Counted from the stretch's first letter, positions 15,651 through 25,247 are shown. The stretch is DNA of 64,000 nucleotides from Dehalococcoidia bacterium (GCA_965224345.1 CBDCYU010000003.1:2100297-2164296); one strand, 5' to 3'. A program made the numbers and translations. The notes: generated from the sequence alone by a model not told the origin.

Positions 15651-18035
15651 ATGAAGCGACTTATCGCCGCGTGCGTCCTCTTTTGCTTGGCCGCCTGCTC
15701 CACTCCCACTACTCCCACGCCCACAACATCGCCTCTTCCGTCACCCTTACCCACGGCGTCCCTCACTCCGACTCCCTCACCCACGGCGTCCCTCACCCAG
15801 ACCCCCTCGCCCACGGCGACCCTTACTCCGACTCCCTCGCCCACGGCGACCCTCACTCCGACTCCCTCGCCCACGGCGACCCTCACTCCGACCCCCTCGC
15901 CCACGGCGACCTTCACGCCGACGCCCTCGCCCACAGCGACCCTCACGCCGACGCCCTCGCCCACAGCGACCCTCACTCCAACCCCCTCGCCCACGGCGAC
16001 CCTCACCCCAACCCCCTTGCCCACGGCGACCCTCATTCCGACTCCGACGTTGACCCCAACCCCCGCGCCTACCTTCACGCCCACTCAGATACCTACGGCA
16101 ACTCTGACCCCGACGCCCCGGCCGACGGCGACGGCGACGCCCCCGCCGCAGCCAGGCAGCTTGCGGTGGCGATTCCGCACTCGAAGCTGGGTGGACGCGG
16201 CCCCGGTAATAGTCGACGGGACCGTCTACATCGGCTCCCAGGACGCGAACCTATACGCCCTCGACGAGAAGACGGGGCAGAGAAGGTGGTCTCACGAGGT
16301 GGGGGGTGGAATAACGGGTGAGGCCGTCGTGGTCGACAGCATCGCCTACGTGTCCTCGCTGGACCACAACCTCTACGCCATCGACACCCTCCGCCGAGAG
16401 GTCAAATGGACGTTTGAGACAGGTGACAAGCTGTGGCGCGGTCCCGTGGTGGCGGACGGGGTTGTCTACGTGGGTTCCAAGGACGCCAGCGTATACGCCG
16501 TGGACGCCGCAACCGGCGACCTCGTCTGGCAGTACGATACGGCCGATAGCATCATCGGCGGAGTGCGGCTCCACGGGGACACGCTGCTGTTCCCCTCATA
16601 CGACTATTCCCTCTACGCCCTGGACGCATCCGACGGTACACTGCTGTGGCGAGCGGCCATGGTAAGCGGTTCCGCGACTCGACCAAGTATCGGGGACGGC
16701 GCAGTGTACGTCGGAGCCTTCGACGGTCGGGTGTATGCCTTCGACGTGGAGACGGGCCGCTCCCTCTGGACCCAATGGCTTGGGGAGACCGCCATCTGGG
16801 CGTCTCCCGTCGTTCACGGAGACCTCGTCTTGGTGGGAGCTACCGATGGGCGTCTGTACGCCCTCGCCGCCGCCGACGGCTCCCTGCGGTGGAGCTTCGC
16901 CACGGAAGGCGAAATCAGGTCGACGCCGGCGGTAAGCGACGGGACGGCCTACTTCGGCTCCTACGACGACGGCGTCTACGCCGTGGATATAGCCACGGGC
17001 GGGTTGGCCTGGCGATTCGCCACTGAGGGCGACATAAGAGCAACGGTAGCGGTCTTGAACGGTACTGTGTACGCCGGGTCGCGGGACAACGCGCTCTACG
17101 CGATAGCGGCGGGCATCCCGCCGGGAACGGAGCTGAAGATGTCGGCAACCCTGGTCGCCTCCTCTACGCCGGACTTCATCCCCCTCAGCCCCGAAGAGGC
17201 GCGCGACCTGGTGGAAGAGTCGAGAAGGTGGAAGGCGCTGGGCGGCACCCGGTCGACCGCCGACGGAGGAGTGGAAAGAATCTCCACCATCGATGAGGTC
17301 TTCCAGCTGTACGAGCTTGCCCACTTCCTGCTCACGGGCGTACCCTCCCGTTGGATTCCCCTAGTGTTTCCTCGAGAGGAGTTCCAGCATCTGACCCGCG
17401 ACCCCGAATTGGCACGAGCGGCGGCCTGGTGCTGCCGACGCACCGAGGACGGAAATCTGGAGCTTATCATCAAGGGAAGCGAGCCTGCCCACTCGGTTGT
17501 CTCCTCCATCGGCCACGAGGCCGGCCATGCCCGACAGAGGTCACGTAACCCAGGTCAGCGCGGGCCGCGCGACTCCAACGTCGGGGCCCTCCACGAAGCC
17601 CAGGCGTTTGCGTTCCAGGCCGCTGTAATCCGCAAGCTGGGGGAGTACACGGGAGTGAACGCCGCCATCATCCCCAGCCAACACAACGTGGTACAACGGA
17701 TCAGCAATTGGATGTCCAGGCTCCAGGGTGACCTGCACGACGTGACGGAACAGCATCAACGAGGACGCGCCCTGCTGTGGAGCGCCGTGCTGAACGACCC
17801 TGCCCTGGCTGACCTGAAGAGTGAGCTGGAGAGGAACGGGCTTCTAACGGCGGACAGCCTGCTTCTCCTGCACGACCACCTGGTCGGGATCGAACGAGAC
17901 GAAGCGGACGACTACGTGGCCGGCCTCCTGGAGGTCTTTGATCCAACGCTGGTCAAGAAGACGGTCTTGAGGCGGAGCGGCGCTGCCGAGGACGGCTTCT
18001 TCGAGCACGTCTCGCGTATCTTCCTGATGCCCTAG
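15651..18035 (+). CDS. lipoprotein with a PT-rich linker, PQQ-like beta-propeller repeats and a C-terminal HExxH domain
   Basis: The lipobox is [16 protein letters not shown]|S. About 10 copies of [10 protein letters not shown] follow. Repeated Y(A/V)(L/I/V)D..TG...W blades (BamB/PQQ-like) come next. The C-terminal region has [12 protein letters not shown] plus a downstream ALHEAQAF, a possible gluzincin arrangement. An AAGGGGG RBS precedes the start. Confidence 0.85.
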   Translation: MKRLIAACVLFCLAACSTPTTPTPTTSPLPSPLPTASLTPTPSPTASLTQTPSPTATLTPTPSPTATLTPTPSPTATLTPTPSPTATFTPTPSPTATLTPTPSPTATLTPTPSPTATLTPTPLPTATLIPTPTLTPTPAPTFTPTQIPTATLTPTPRPTATATPPPQPGSLRWRFRTRSWVDAAPVIVDGTVYIGSQDANLYALDEKTGQRRWSHEVGGGITGEAVVVDSIAYVSSLDHNLYAIDTLRREVKWTFETGDKLWRGPVVADGVVYVGSKDASVYAVDAATGDLVWQYDTADSIIGGVRLHGDTLLFPSYDYSLYALDASDGTLLWRAAMVSGSATRPSIGDGAVYVGAFDGRVYAFDVETGRSLWTQWLGETAIWASPVVHGDLVLVGATDGRLYALAAADGSLRWSFATEGEIRSTPAVSDGTAYFGSYDDGVYAVDIATGGLAWRFATEGDIRATVAVLNGTVYAGSRDNALYAIAAGIPPGTELKMSATLVASSTPDFIPLSPEEARDLVEESRRWKALGGTRSTADGGVERISTIDEVFQLYELAHFLLTGVPSRWIPLVFPREEFQHLTRDPELARAAAWCCRRTEDGNLELIIKGSEPAHSVVSSIGHEAGHARQRSRNPGQRGPRDSNVGALHEAQAFAFQAAVIRKLGEYTGVNAAIIPSQHNVVQRISNWMSRLQGDLHDVTEQHQRGRALLWSAVLNDPALADLKSELERNGLLTADSLLLLHDHLVGIERDEADDYVAGLLEVFDPTLVKKTVLRRSGAAEDGFFEHVSRIFLMP
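15751..16046 (+). repeat. 30-bp tandem repeat, about 10 copies, in-frame coding (PT-rich linker)
   Basis: The unit is ccacggcgaccctcactccgactccctcgc, starting at 15751 and recurring every 30 nt to about 16046 with point variants. Confidence 0.9.
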
Positions 18036-18106
18036 GGACGAATTGGGGACGAGTAGACCCCCTCTCGTGGCTCTGGTGTACTTCCCGTCTCCCGTTTCCA
18101 GGCCGA

Positions 18107-18135
18107 TTGACACCCGGCCGAGAGCCTGATATAAG
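18107..18135 (+). promoter_or_regulatory. candidate sigma-70-type promoter (TTGACA-17 nt-TATAAG)
   Basis: TTGACA is at 18107-18112 and TATAAG at 18130-18135, about 90 nt upstream of the TTG start at 18225. Confidence 0.35.
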
Positions 18136-18224
18136 CCATGTAGCCTGACTCCGATGCCCTTCCGATAGTACGTTCCCGCGCCGTCGCGCACCTGACGCCG
18201 CGTTCCCAACCGGAGGAGTGAACT

Positions 18225-18881
18225 TTGCTCTTAGTACAATGTGACTTCGACGATACGGTCACCGACGGCAACGTCAGCGAGGCGATCCGCGAGGTGTTCG
18301 CACTCGATGAGTGGCGCTCCATGGAACGCGAGTTCCTGGACGGCAAGCTCAGCGTAGAGGAGAGCAACACCAGGCAGTACCCGCTGGTGCGCGCCACCCG
18401 TAAGGAGATAGAGGACTTCGTCGTGGGCAACGTGGTGATGCGCTTCGGCTTCGAGCAGTTCGTGGAATACTGCTTGGCCGTGGAGATCAGGCTGGTCATC
18501 GTCAGCAGCGGCCTCGACATGTACATCGAGCCGGCCCTGGACTTGCTGGGCTACGACCACATCGAGGTGTACTCGGCCAAGGCAGAGGTCACCCAGAACG
18601 GGGTCGCCGTCAGCTACACCGACCCGGCGGGGAGGCCGCTCACCCGGGGCTTCAAGGAGTCGTACCTGCGGCACTTCAAGGAGCAGGGCCACACGGTGAT
18701 CTACGTCGGTGACGGGCAGTCGGATATCGCGGCCGCGACGGAGGCCGACTTCGCCATCGCCCGAGCCGTCCTGGAGACGCACCTACGCGAGGCGGGACTG
18801 CCCCACCAGAGCTTCGAGAGCTTCGAAGACATCGCCAAGCACGTGGACAAGATACGAGTGCTCGTCCAAGAGGACCAGTAG
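18225..18881 (+). CDS. HAD-IB family phosphatase, MtnX-like
   Basis: A TTG start follows a GGAGGAG RBS. HAD motif I is CDFDDTVT, motif II-like is IVSSG and motif IV is YVGDGQSDIAAA. Overall collinearity with 2-hydroxy-3-keto-5-methylthiopentenyl-1-phosphate phosphatase-type proteins. Confidence 0.75.
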   Translation: MLLVQCDFDDTVTDGNVSEAIREVFALDEWRSMEREFLDGKLSVEESNTRQYPLVRATRKEIEDFVVGNVVMRFGFEQFVEYCLAVEIRLVIVSSGLDMYIEPALDLLGYDHIEVYSAKAEVTQNGVAVSYTDPAGRPLTRGFKESYLRHFKEQGHTVIYVGDGQSDIAAATEADFAIARAVLETHLREAGLPHQSFESFEDIAKHVDKIRVLVQEDQ

Positions 18882-18901
18882 GGGCCGGGCCGGCGGCGGC
18901 G

Positions 18902-19609
18902 TCAGCGGCCGAACAGGCTCAGGAACCGGTCTTCGTAGAACCCGAACAGGCCCCAGCGGTCCAGCTCCCGCTTGAGCAGCTCGGGGTCGCCGCCGGCCCT
19001 CACCTGCCGGAAGAGCTGCTCTATCTGGTCTACCGCGGCCCTGGGCACTCCACCCAAGCCGGGTTGGGGGTCCAACATCCCCCTGGAGCGGAGCTCTTGG
19101 ATGTTGTGCCTGGCGGAGTTGGCGGTGAACTCGTAGATGAACTTGAACAGCGCGACGTCCCAGAGCTCGTCCACGCCCACCATCACCACCGCCAGGTTCT
19201 CGTTGCGCCGGTCCAGGTCGTCGCTGATGTTGTGGGCTATCTCCCGGGGAGCGCCGCTGACTATGTTGGACTTCTCCGCCTGGTTTCTGTACTGGTACAG
19301 TATCCCGGCGCTGTTTGGCCCATAGGTCCGGGCGGTGTACTGGAGATACTCGAAGGCCTCGTCGCTGAAGCCCTGGAGGTTCATCGCGTAGGTGGGCGTG
19401 ACCACGGCGGGCCGCTCGGCGATCACCCGGCCCGTTCGGACGACCCCCTCTTCACCCTCGGAGCCGCCCGGGACCAGGTCGTTGTAGATCGGCTCCGTGA
19501 CGACGTAGTAGGCGATGTTGGTAAGCCCGAAGGTGGTCAGATGCACCTTGGGGAACCGCACCACCCAGCTCTGCTCGATGGCCCTCTTCCACGCGTGTTC
19601 AGGGTCCAT
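18902..19609 (-). CDS. hypothetical protein (235 aa), no family recognised
   Basis: A clean ORF with normal composition. It overlaps the upstream peptidase gene by 11 nt, so the two are co-transcribed. Confidence 0.65.
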   Translation of the reverse strand: MDPEHAWKRAIEQSWVVRFPKVHLTTFGLTNIAYYVVTEPIYNDLVPGGSEGEEGVVRTGRVIAERPAVVTPTYAMNLQGFSDEAFEYLQYTARTYGPNSAGILYQYRNQAEKSNIVSGAPREIAHNISDDLDRRNENLAVVMVGVDELWDVALFKFIYEFTANSARHNIQELRSRGMLDPQPGLGGVPRAAVDQIEQLFRQVRAGGDPELLKRELDRWGLFGFYEDRFLSLFGR

Positions 19610-21101
19610 TCTTCACTCTCAGGCGCCGGGCCGCCAGCCAAGCCAGCCCCGCGGTGAGCATCAGCAGCGACGCGTCCATGGTCATTGAGCCGCCGCCGGA
19701 GCCGGTACAGGGGCCTCCCCCCTCTGCGCCTACTGGCGGCTGGGAGCCCGTGGCCGGCCCGACGGTGGGCTGCAGGGACGCCGCAGGCTCCGGCGTAGGG
19801 GGAGTCGTGGGGGCCGGAGCCGGCTCCACGGGCTCCGGCGTGGATACCTGGGGCACGCCCTCAGCCACAAGAGCCGAGGGCGTCAGGCCGAAGGGTACAA
19901 TCTCCAGACGAGGGATCGGCGTGGGCAAGGCTCGGCCCCGGGCCGGCGGGATGTGCGGCGGCGCTCCCACAAAGGACCTCCACTGATTCTCCAGGGTCAG
20001 CCGGTCCAGCCCATATATCTGGTTGAGGGCAACGTCAACGCTGTTGCCCTGCTTCATGACTGCCATGAGGTCTCGCATCTTCTCCGGCCCGAAACGGCCT
20101 ACCATGTACTCGACGAGGCTGCGCGCCTGACCGTAGAAGATGATCACCTGCTCGGGATTCCCCGGAAGGGTGCGCATCTGCGTTATGGGAAGCATACGGT
20201 CCGTGGCTATGGCAAAGTCCAGCGCTACCCCATAGGTGAATCCGGGCTCCACGTTTCCAAACTCGGCCAAGCCCTCGTCGAGCCAGGAGGGCACTCTCCC
20301 AATGGAGCTGTCTCCGGCGCGGTGGTTGAGGATATGGGTAACCTCGTGGGATGCCGTGCCCCTGGCCAGCCTGCCGTTGCCCAGCACCAGCAGCGTTCCG
20401 ATGTCCGTGAAGGCCTGGCCCTCTGTGATCAGCTCTCGCCGGATAGTGGAGCTCCCCGGCGGGAGAGCCTCCAGCATCTCCTTGACGTTATTGTACATGG
20501 TGACTCGGATGGGTATGGTGATGTCGACGCCCAGGATCGGACCCAACTGGTTGAGGGTATCCACAATCGCTTCGAGGATGATCTCGGCGCGCCGGCCAAC
20601 GGGACCATGGTAGGCCACCAAGACCGGTCCGTCCTCTACCTCGTTCCACTCGAAACGGACGTCCTCGTAGACAAACTCCTGGGGCTCGGTATCCACGCGA
20701 GTCCCTTCCCCTTCCATCTCGAAGTTGTAGGTGATCACGGTACCGGGCGGTATGTACCTCGCCGAAGTGTTCGTCCGCCAGAGCAGCTGGAAATCGTCAG
20801 CTCCTTCTGTCTCGGCGGTCAGATAGTCGTACGAGCCCACCGTCGCCTGGCCTATGCGGAAACGGATCGCGATCGACTCCAGCGCAGCCGCCCCTTCGAC
20901 TTGGGCGGTGAACCGGATGGCGTCGGGGAAGTGGCTGGTAACCGAGGACGAGACCAACTTGAAGGGGCTCTGTGCCTCGGCGGGCCCAGCCGACAAGAGC
21001 AGCAGGGGCATCACCGCTATGAGCGCTAAGGATCTTATGCCAAGTCTGACGAGTCTCACTTTCACGTGTCCCTGCCCCATCCAGCCGGAGGGCTCGCTCA
21101 C
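19599..21101 (-). CDS. secreted peptidase MA (gluzincin)-like protein with a C-terminal membrane anchor
   Basis: A signal peptide (…LLLLSAGPAEAQ) is followed by HExxH (ASHEVTHILNH) and a downstream SWLDEGLAEF (third Zn ligand Glu). A PTPEP-rich linker and a terminal hydrophobic helix follow (LLMLTAGLAWLAARRL). Confidence 0.8.
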   Translation of the reverse strand: MSEPSGWMGQGHVKVRLVRLGIRSLALIAVMPLLLLSAGPAEAQSPFKLVSSSVTSHFPDAIRFTAQVEGAAALESIAIRFRIGQATVGSYDYLTAETEGADDFQLLWRTNTSARYIPPGTVITYNFEMEGEGTRVDTEPQEFVYEDVRFEWNEVEDGPVLVAYHGPVGRRAEIILEAIVDTLNQLGPILGVDITIPIRVTMYNNVKEMLEALPPGSSTIRRELITEGQAFTDIGTLLVLGNGRLARGTASHEVTHILNHRAGDSSIGRVPSWLDEGLAEFGNVEPGFTYGVALDFAIATDRMLPITQMRTLPGNPEQVIIFYGQARSLVEYMVGRFGPEKMRDLMAVMKQGNSVDVALNQIYGLDRLTLENQWRSFVGAPPHIPPARGRALPTPIPRLEIVPFGLTPSALVAEGVPQVSTPEPVEPAPAPTTPPTPEPAASLQPTVGPATGSQPPVGAEGGGPCTGSGGGSMTMDASLLMLTAGLAWLAARRLRVKNGP

Positions 21102-21820
21102 GATATCCGGGTGGCCCGGTCCGAGGCCGGCTCGCCTGCGTCAGTCTCGGAATCTCCTTCGCCCGCGGCCTCCAGGACTCGCTTCAGGAGCTCCTCTTCG
21201 GTGACAGCGCCCATGATCTGAACCGTGTCGTTGATTACAGTCTTCGGTACACTCATGACGCGGTACGCTTGCGCCAGGTGAGAGAACTCCTGCACCTCCA
21301 CCACGTCGGCGACCACCTTGGGAGACTCCAGGGCCATCGCGTGGGCCACACGGGCCACCTCGGGGCAGTACTGTCAGCTGGGAGTCACGAACACCTGGAT
21401 GTGTACCTCCTCCTTGAGTCTCCTCAAACGCTTCCGCGTCGCCCGGTCGAGGGAGCTCCCGTTGCTGGAGGCTTCGACGATGGTGTCCACGAGTACGGAG
21501 AATTCGTACCCGCCGGGAAGACCGTAGAACCGTGCGCCGCCCGCACCGACGATAAGCGCCGGTATCTTGTCAACACCCAGGTCCTCGGCAGTCCGGGGAC
21601 TGCCGTAGAAGTCTATGACTTCCAGGTCTATCTTGGGCGAGAGAGCGCTCACCTCCTTCAGCATTCGCTCCGTATCCCCGCAGGAGGCGCACTCTCGACC
21701 GGGTATGTAGAGGCCGCCGGCGTTACGCTGGGTAACCAGCCTCAGCTTGACGTTCCGATGGAGACCCTTCTCGAATCTCTCGCGGACCACGTCCTGCGCC
21801 CTCTGCTCTAGGATCGGCAT
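21098..21820 (-). CDS. two-domain thioredoxin-fold protein (PDO / glutaredoxin-like) with an in-frame TGA at the second redox motif (Sec candidate or pseudogene)
   Basis: Track ORFs 21374..21820 and 21098..21358 are in the same frame, separated only by TGA (21374-21376). The combined sequence is ...GRECASCGD... (first CxxC) ... HIQVFVTPS-[TGA]-QYCPEVARVAHAMALESPKVVADVVEVQEFSHLAQAYRVMSVPKTVIN. The TGA aligns with the first Cys of the FVTPTCPYCP motif of this family. Confidence 0.6.
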
Positions 21821-21916
21821 CCTCGTCCTGTCTTCCCCATATCTTCCGCGAATACGGTCTGCCGGACTCTGGCACGGCAGACTACATCAATTGTACCGTA
21901 GCTTCTTGGAGCGAAT

Positions 21917-22519
21917 CTACTCCCGGTCCCTGAGCACGCCGTGGGAGTGGACCACCCTCTGGATGGTGGTGACGAGGGCCAGCCCCGCCAACACTCCCAG
22001 GATGACGAGGAGCCCCGTAGACCACCAGTGGCCAAGGACGAGACCTCCGCCCAGCAGGGCCACTCGCTCGGGACGTGTCATGACGCCCACCTCGCATTCG
22101 ATCTCGAGGCCCTCCGCCCTGGCTCGCACATAGCTCACCATCAACGACGCCGCCAGGGCCAGATATACCAGGACCGACCCCTCCACGGACGAGCGGTCCA
22201 GGTAGTAGACCAGCAGGCCCAGCAGGACCACGACCTCCGCAAACCGGTCTACCACCGAGTCCAGCAGAGCGCCAAAGGGAGTCGCGCGGCCGGTCTCCCT
22301 GGCGAGGGCACCATCGAAGAGATCGAACACCCCCGATACGAGAACGACCACGCCGCCGGCCCACAGGTTCCCCAGGGCAAGAAGCAGTGCGCTCACCCCC
22401 GCGACGAGGAGGCCGAAGAGGGTAACCGCGTTTGGAGAGACCCCGCCTCTCGCCAGGAGCCTGGCTACGGGCCTTCCAAGGTAGGTTGTGAGAGCCCTGC
22501 GGGTGGCCGCCCTGTTCAT
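21917..22519 (-). CDS. CDP-alcohol phosphatidyltransferase (phosphatidylinositol-phosphate synthase-like)
   Basis: The full signature D-x2-D-G-x2-A-R-x8-G-x3-D-x3-D is present in DLFDGALARETGRATPFGALLDSVVD. The protein is multi-TM. Confidence 0.9.
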   Translation of the reverse strand: MNRAATRRALTTYLGRPVARLLARGGVSPNAVTLFGLLVAGVSALLLALGNLWAGGVVVLVSGVFDLFDGALARETGRATPFGALLDSVVDRFAEVVVLLGLLVYYLDRSSVEGSVLVYLALAASLMVSYVRARAEGLEIECEVGVMTRPERVALLGGGLVLGHWWSTGLLVILGVLAGLALVTTIQRVVHSHGVLRDRE

Positions 22520-22526
22520 GCGCCGT

Positions 22527-23678
22527 TCACGCGATGGCGATCAGACGCGCGTCTATGAGACTTGCGTAGTAGTCGCCAACCTGCGCCGCGACCCTCTGCC
22601 AGCGGAACCTCTCGACTCTCCGCCGGCCGTTGGCAGCCATGCGCGCCCGCAGCTCCGGGTCCCTCAGCAGTGTGGAGACCGCCCTGGCGATCTCCACGTC
22701 GCTCCGGGGAGGGACCAGGATGCCCTCTTGCCCGTTCTCTATGACGCTGGAGTATCCATCGACGTCGCTTGCCACAATCGGCGTACCCGCTGCCATCGCC
22801 TCCGCCAGCACGATGCCGAAGCTCTCCCTGCCCGTCGTCGGCGAACAGAAGATATCCGCCGTCTTGAAGTACCTGGCCTTGTCCTCATCCGAGACGTTTC
22901 CCGCAAAGACGACGTCCTGCAGGTTTCGCTCGCTCATTATGCGGTAGGAGTCGTCGTCGGGCTTGCCCGGCCCGACGACGATGAGCCGCAGATTCGGCCA
23001 GTCCCACTTCAGCATGCTGTAGGCGCCCAGCAGGTACTTCAGACCCTTCTTCTTCTCGATTCGCCCCACGAAGAGAAGGTTGATCATCCCGTCCTGCAGA
23101 TGGGGAAACGGGACCGCATTCGTGAAGTCGTCCACCTCGATACCGTTGGGGATAACCTCGTACCGCCCGTGGAGGTTGCGGGTGGCGAACCTCCTGGCGG
23201 CCTTGGACACGGCGATACGTCCGTCCAGCCTCTCGCAGTAGCGCCTGGCGAGTCTCCCCACGCCTGTCTTGTACAGGCGAGTCCCGTTGTTGGAGTGGAA
23301 GGTGCCGACCTTGACGGCGTCGATGGACTTCGATTCGGCCAGGACGCAGAAGGTGGTGAACCCGGCGAAAGGCTCATGCAGGTGGACTACGTCGAAGGCC
23401 TCCCGCCGCAGCAGCTCCTTGATCCGCGGACGCAGCCAGACCGAGAGGGACACGCGGGCGATGGAGCCGCCCGCAGGCAGCGCTACCGACCGCCCCATGG
23501 GGATGAAGTCGGGGTCGGTGGCCGCCTCCGGGTTCGAGCAGGGCGCTATGACGCGTACGGTGTTGCCCCAAGCCCTGAACTGAGAGGCCAGGTTGTTGAT
23601 GTGGTCGGTGACGCCGCCTCGAAACGCATGGTCGTAGGGCGACACCAGCGCTATCTTGATGGGGCTGTCCATGTGCAA
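22527..23678 (-). CDS. GT4-family glycosyltransferase, PimA-like
   Basis: The N-terminus IKIALVSPYDHAFRGGVTDHINNLASQFRAWGNTVRVIAP matches the family, and the C-terminal half carries the GT-B E-x7-E region (FCSPTTGRESFGIVLAEAMAAGTPIVASD). Confidence 0.9.
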   Translation of the reverse strand: MHMDSPIKIALVSPYDHAFRGGVTDHINNLASQFRAWGNTVRVIAPCSNPEAATDPDFIPMGRSVALPAGGSIARVSLSVWLRPRIKELLRREAFDVVHLHEPFAGFTTFCVLAESKSIDAVKVGTFHSNNGTRLYKTGVGRLARRYCERLDGRIAVSKAARRFATRNLHGRYEVIPNGIEVDDFTNAVPFPHLQDGMINLLFVGRIEKKKGLKYLLGAYSMLKWDWPNLRLIVVGPGKPDDDSYRIMSERNLQDVVFAGNVSDEDKARYFKTADIFCSPTTGRESFGIVLAEAMAAGTPIVASDVDGYSSVIENGQEGILVPPRSDVEIARAVSTLLRDPELRARMAANGRRRVERFRWQRVAAQVGDYYASLIDARLIAIA

Positions 23679-23779
23679 GTATCTCGGCTGCTATACCCGT
23701 CTCCGCAGGGAGAGAGGATTTCCTGACCTGCCGATTCGAGCTGTTCGTGCGCTAACCCCTCCCCACGCGTAGAGAAGCC

Positions 23780-24889
23780 TCACGCATCCCCAAAGTCCAC
23801 TTCCAGATGTCCGTCCTGTCCTGCGATGAAGTCCTCGACCATCTGCCTGGCAACGTCGTCGGTGAACTGCCGGTTGGGGGACTTCATGAAGTAGGCGGAG
23901 GGTCCCGGTATCGGGCCGCCCATGCCTCTGTCCTTGGCAATCTTGCAGCAGCGGATGGCGTCGATCACCACGCCTGCGGAGTTGGGGCTGTCCCAGACCT
24001 CCAGCTTCAGCTCCAGGTTGATGGGGGCATCCCCGAAGCTCGTGCCCTCCATGCGTATGTGGCACCACTTCCGGTCGTTGAGCCAGGCGATGTGATCGCT
24101 GGGCCCCACGTGGATGCGCGTCTCTTCGATCTCCTCGTCCATCTGGGAGGTCACCGCCTGGGTCTTGGATATCTTCTTCGACTTTAGCCGGTCCCTCTCC
24201 AGCATATTCAGAAAATCGGTGTTGCCGCCGAAGTTCAGCTGGTACATTCGGTCCAGATGGACCCCGCGGTCCTCGAACAGGCGGGTGAGCACCCTGTGCA
24301 CGATGGTCGCACCCACCTGCGACTTGATGTCATCCCCGATGATCGGGGCGCCCGCGGCCTTGAACCGGCGCTGCCAGTAGCCGCCCTCTCCGCTGGCGAT
24401 GAAGACGGGAATGCAGTTGACGAAGCCGGTGCCGGCGTCCAGTACCTGCTCGACGTACCACCGCGTCGCCTCTTCGGAGCCCACGGGCAGGTAGTTGACC
24501 ACGACGTCGACCTCGCGCTCCTTGAGGATGCCGGCGACGTCGTCCGTCGGCCCGGGAGCCTTCTCCACGATCTGCGACACGTAGCTTCCCAGTCCATCGT
24601 GGATCATACCGCGCTGTACCGTCACATCCATGTGGGGCACTTCGGCGAAGCGTATCGTGTTGTTCGGCTCGGTAATCAGCGCCTCGGACAGGTCTTTGCC
24701 CACCTTGTCGGCATCTACGTCGAAGGCGGCCACCACCTTGATGTCGCCGACGCCGTACTCTCCCAAGACCGGATGCATCAGACCGGGCACGGTATCGCCG
24801 CTGCCGACGTCGCGGTACTTGGTAAGCCCCTGCACCAGGGCCGACGCGCAGTTCCCCGCTCCTATAATGGCGACCTTTATATCTGACAA
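23780..24889 (-). CDS. ino1: myo-inositol-1-phosphate synthase
   Basis: [21 protein letters not shown] is the NAD-binding region, followed by the conserved core (…[14 protein letters not shown]…[12 protein letters not shown]…). The start is placed at the TTG at 24889, after GAGGGGGG. The track ORF extends to 25027. Confidence 0.9.
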   Translation of the reverse strand: MSDIKVAIIGAGNCASALVQGLTKYRDVGSGDTVPGLMHPVLGEYGVGDIKVVAAFDVDADKVGKDLSEALITEPNNTIRFAEVPHMDVTVQRGMIHDGLGSYVSQIVEKAPGPTDDVAGILKEREVDVVVNYLPVGSEEATRWYVEQVLDAGTGFVNCIPVFIASGEGGYWQRRFKAAGAPIIGDDIKSQVGATIVHRVLTRLFEDRGVHLDRMYQLNFGGNTDFLNMLERDRLKSKKISKTQAVTSQMDEEIEETRIHVGPSDHIAWLNDRKWCHIRMEGTSFGDAPINLELKLEVWDSPNSAGVVIDAIRCCKIAKDRGMGGPIPGPSAYFMKSPNRQFTDDVARQMVEDFIAGQDGHLEVDFGDA

Positions 24890-25043
24890 ATTAAGCTTCC
24901 CCCCCTCACATGCCCCCCGAATGGGGGGCGCTTCAAGCAGCGCTGGGTACCGGATATACCGAGAGCTGCAGTTTGGAATCGCCTCTCCCTGCGAATCGAT
25001 TCTAGCATTGTCGTCCGTCCGGGGCAAACGCCGGAGCTATCCT

Positions 25044-25247
25044 ATGAAGTACGCAGTAGTGATTGAGAAGGGACCGAACAGCTACGGGGCGCATGTGCCC
25101 GATCTACCCGGATGCGTGGCCGCCGCTGAGACAAGGGAGGAAGTGTACACGCTCATTCGGGAGGCAATCGCGCTCTACGTCGAGGCGCTGAAGGAAGAGG
25201 GCCTTCCGGTACCGGAGCCCCAGTCCTACGAGCTGGTCGAGGCGTAA
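25044..25247 (+). CDS. hicB: HicB-family antitoxin-like protein (UPF0150), no adjacent HicA
   Basis: MKYAVVIEKGPNSYGAHVPDLPGCVAAAETREEVYTLIREAIALYVEALKEEGLPVPEP is the typical HicB N-domain. It is the internal Met of track ORF 24630..25247. Confidence 0.8.
   Translation: MKYAVVIEKGPNSYGAHVPDLPGCVAAAETREEVYTLIREAIALYVEALKEEGLPVPEPQSYELVEA

Noticed and set aside
15751-16046. A regular 30-bp repeat array that could superficially suggest a CRISPR or other non-coding array.
   Set aside because: The units are contiguous with no spacers, in frame and inside a long ORF. They encode a [10 protein letters not shown] linker. The mirror ORF 15440..16084 ([10 protein letters not shown] repeats) is its antisense shadow.
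22488-23726. A 412-aa + strand ORF. The same applies to 49151..50326, 19953..21029, 52568..53698, 37049..37894 and 13460..14368.
   Set aside because: Each is an antisense or alternative frame of a gene with strong family evidence (GT4, IS1595 transposase, peptidase MA, POR gamma-delta, typA, PPK2). All show shadow-ORF composition.
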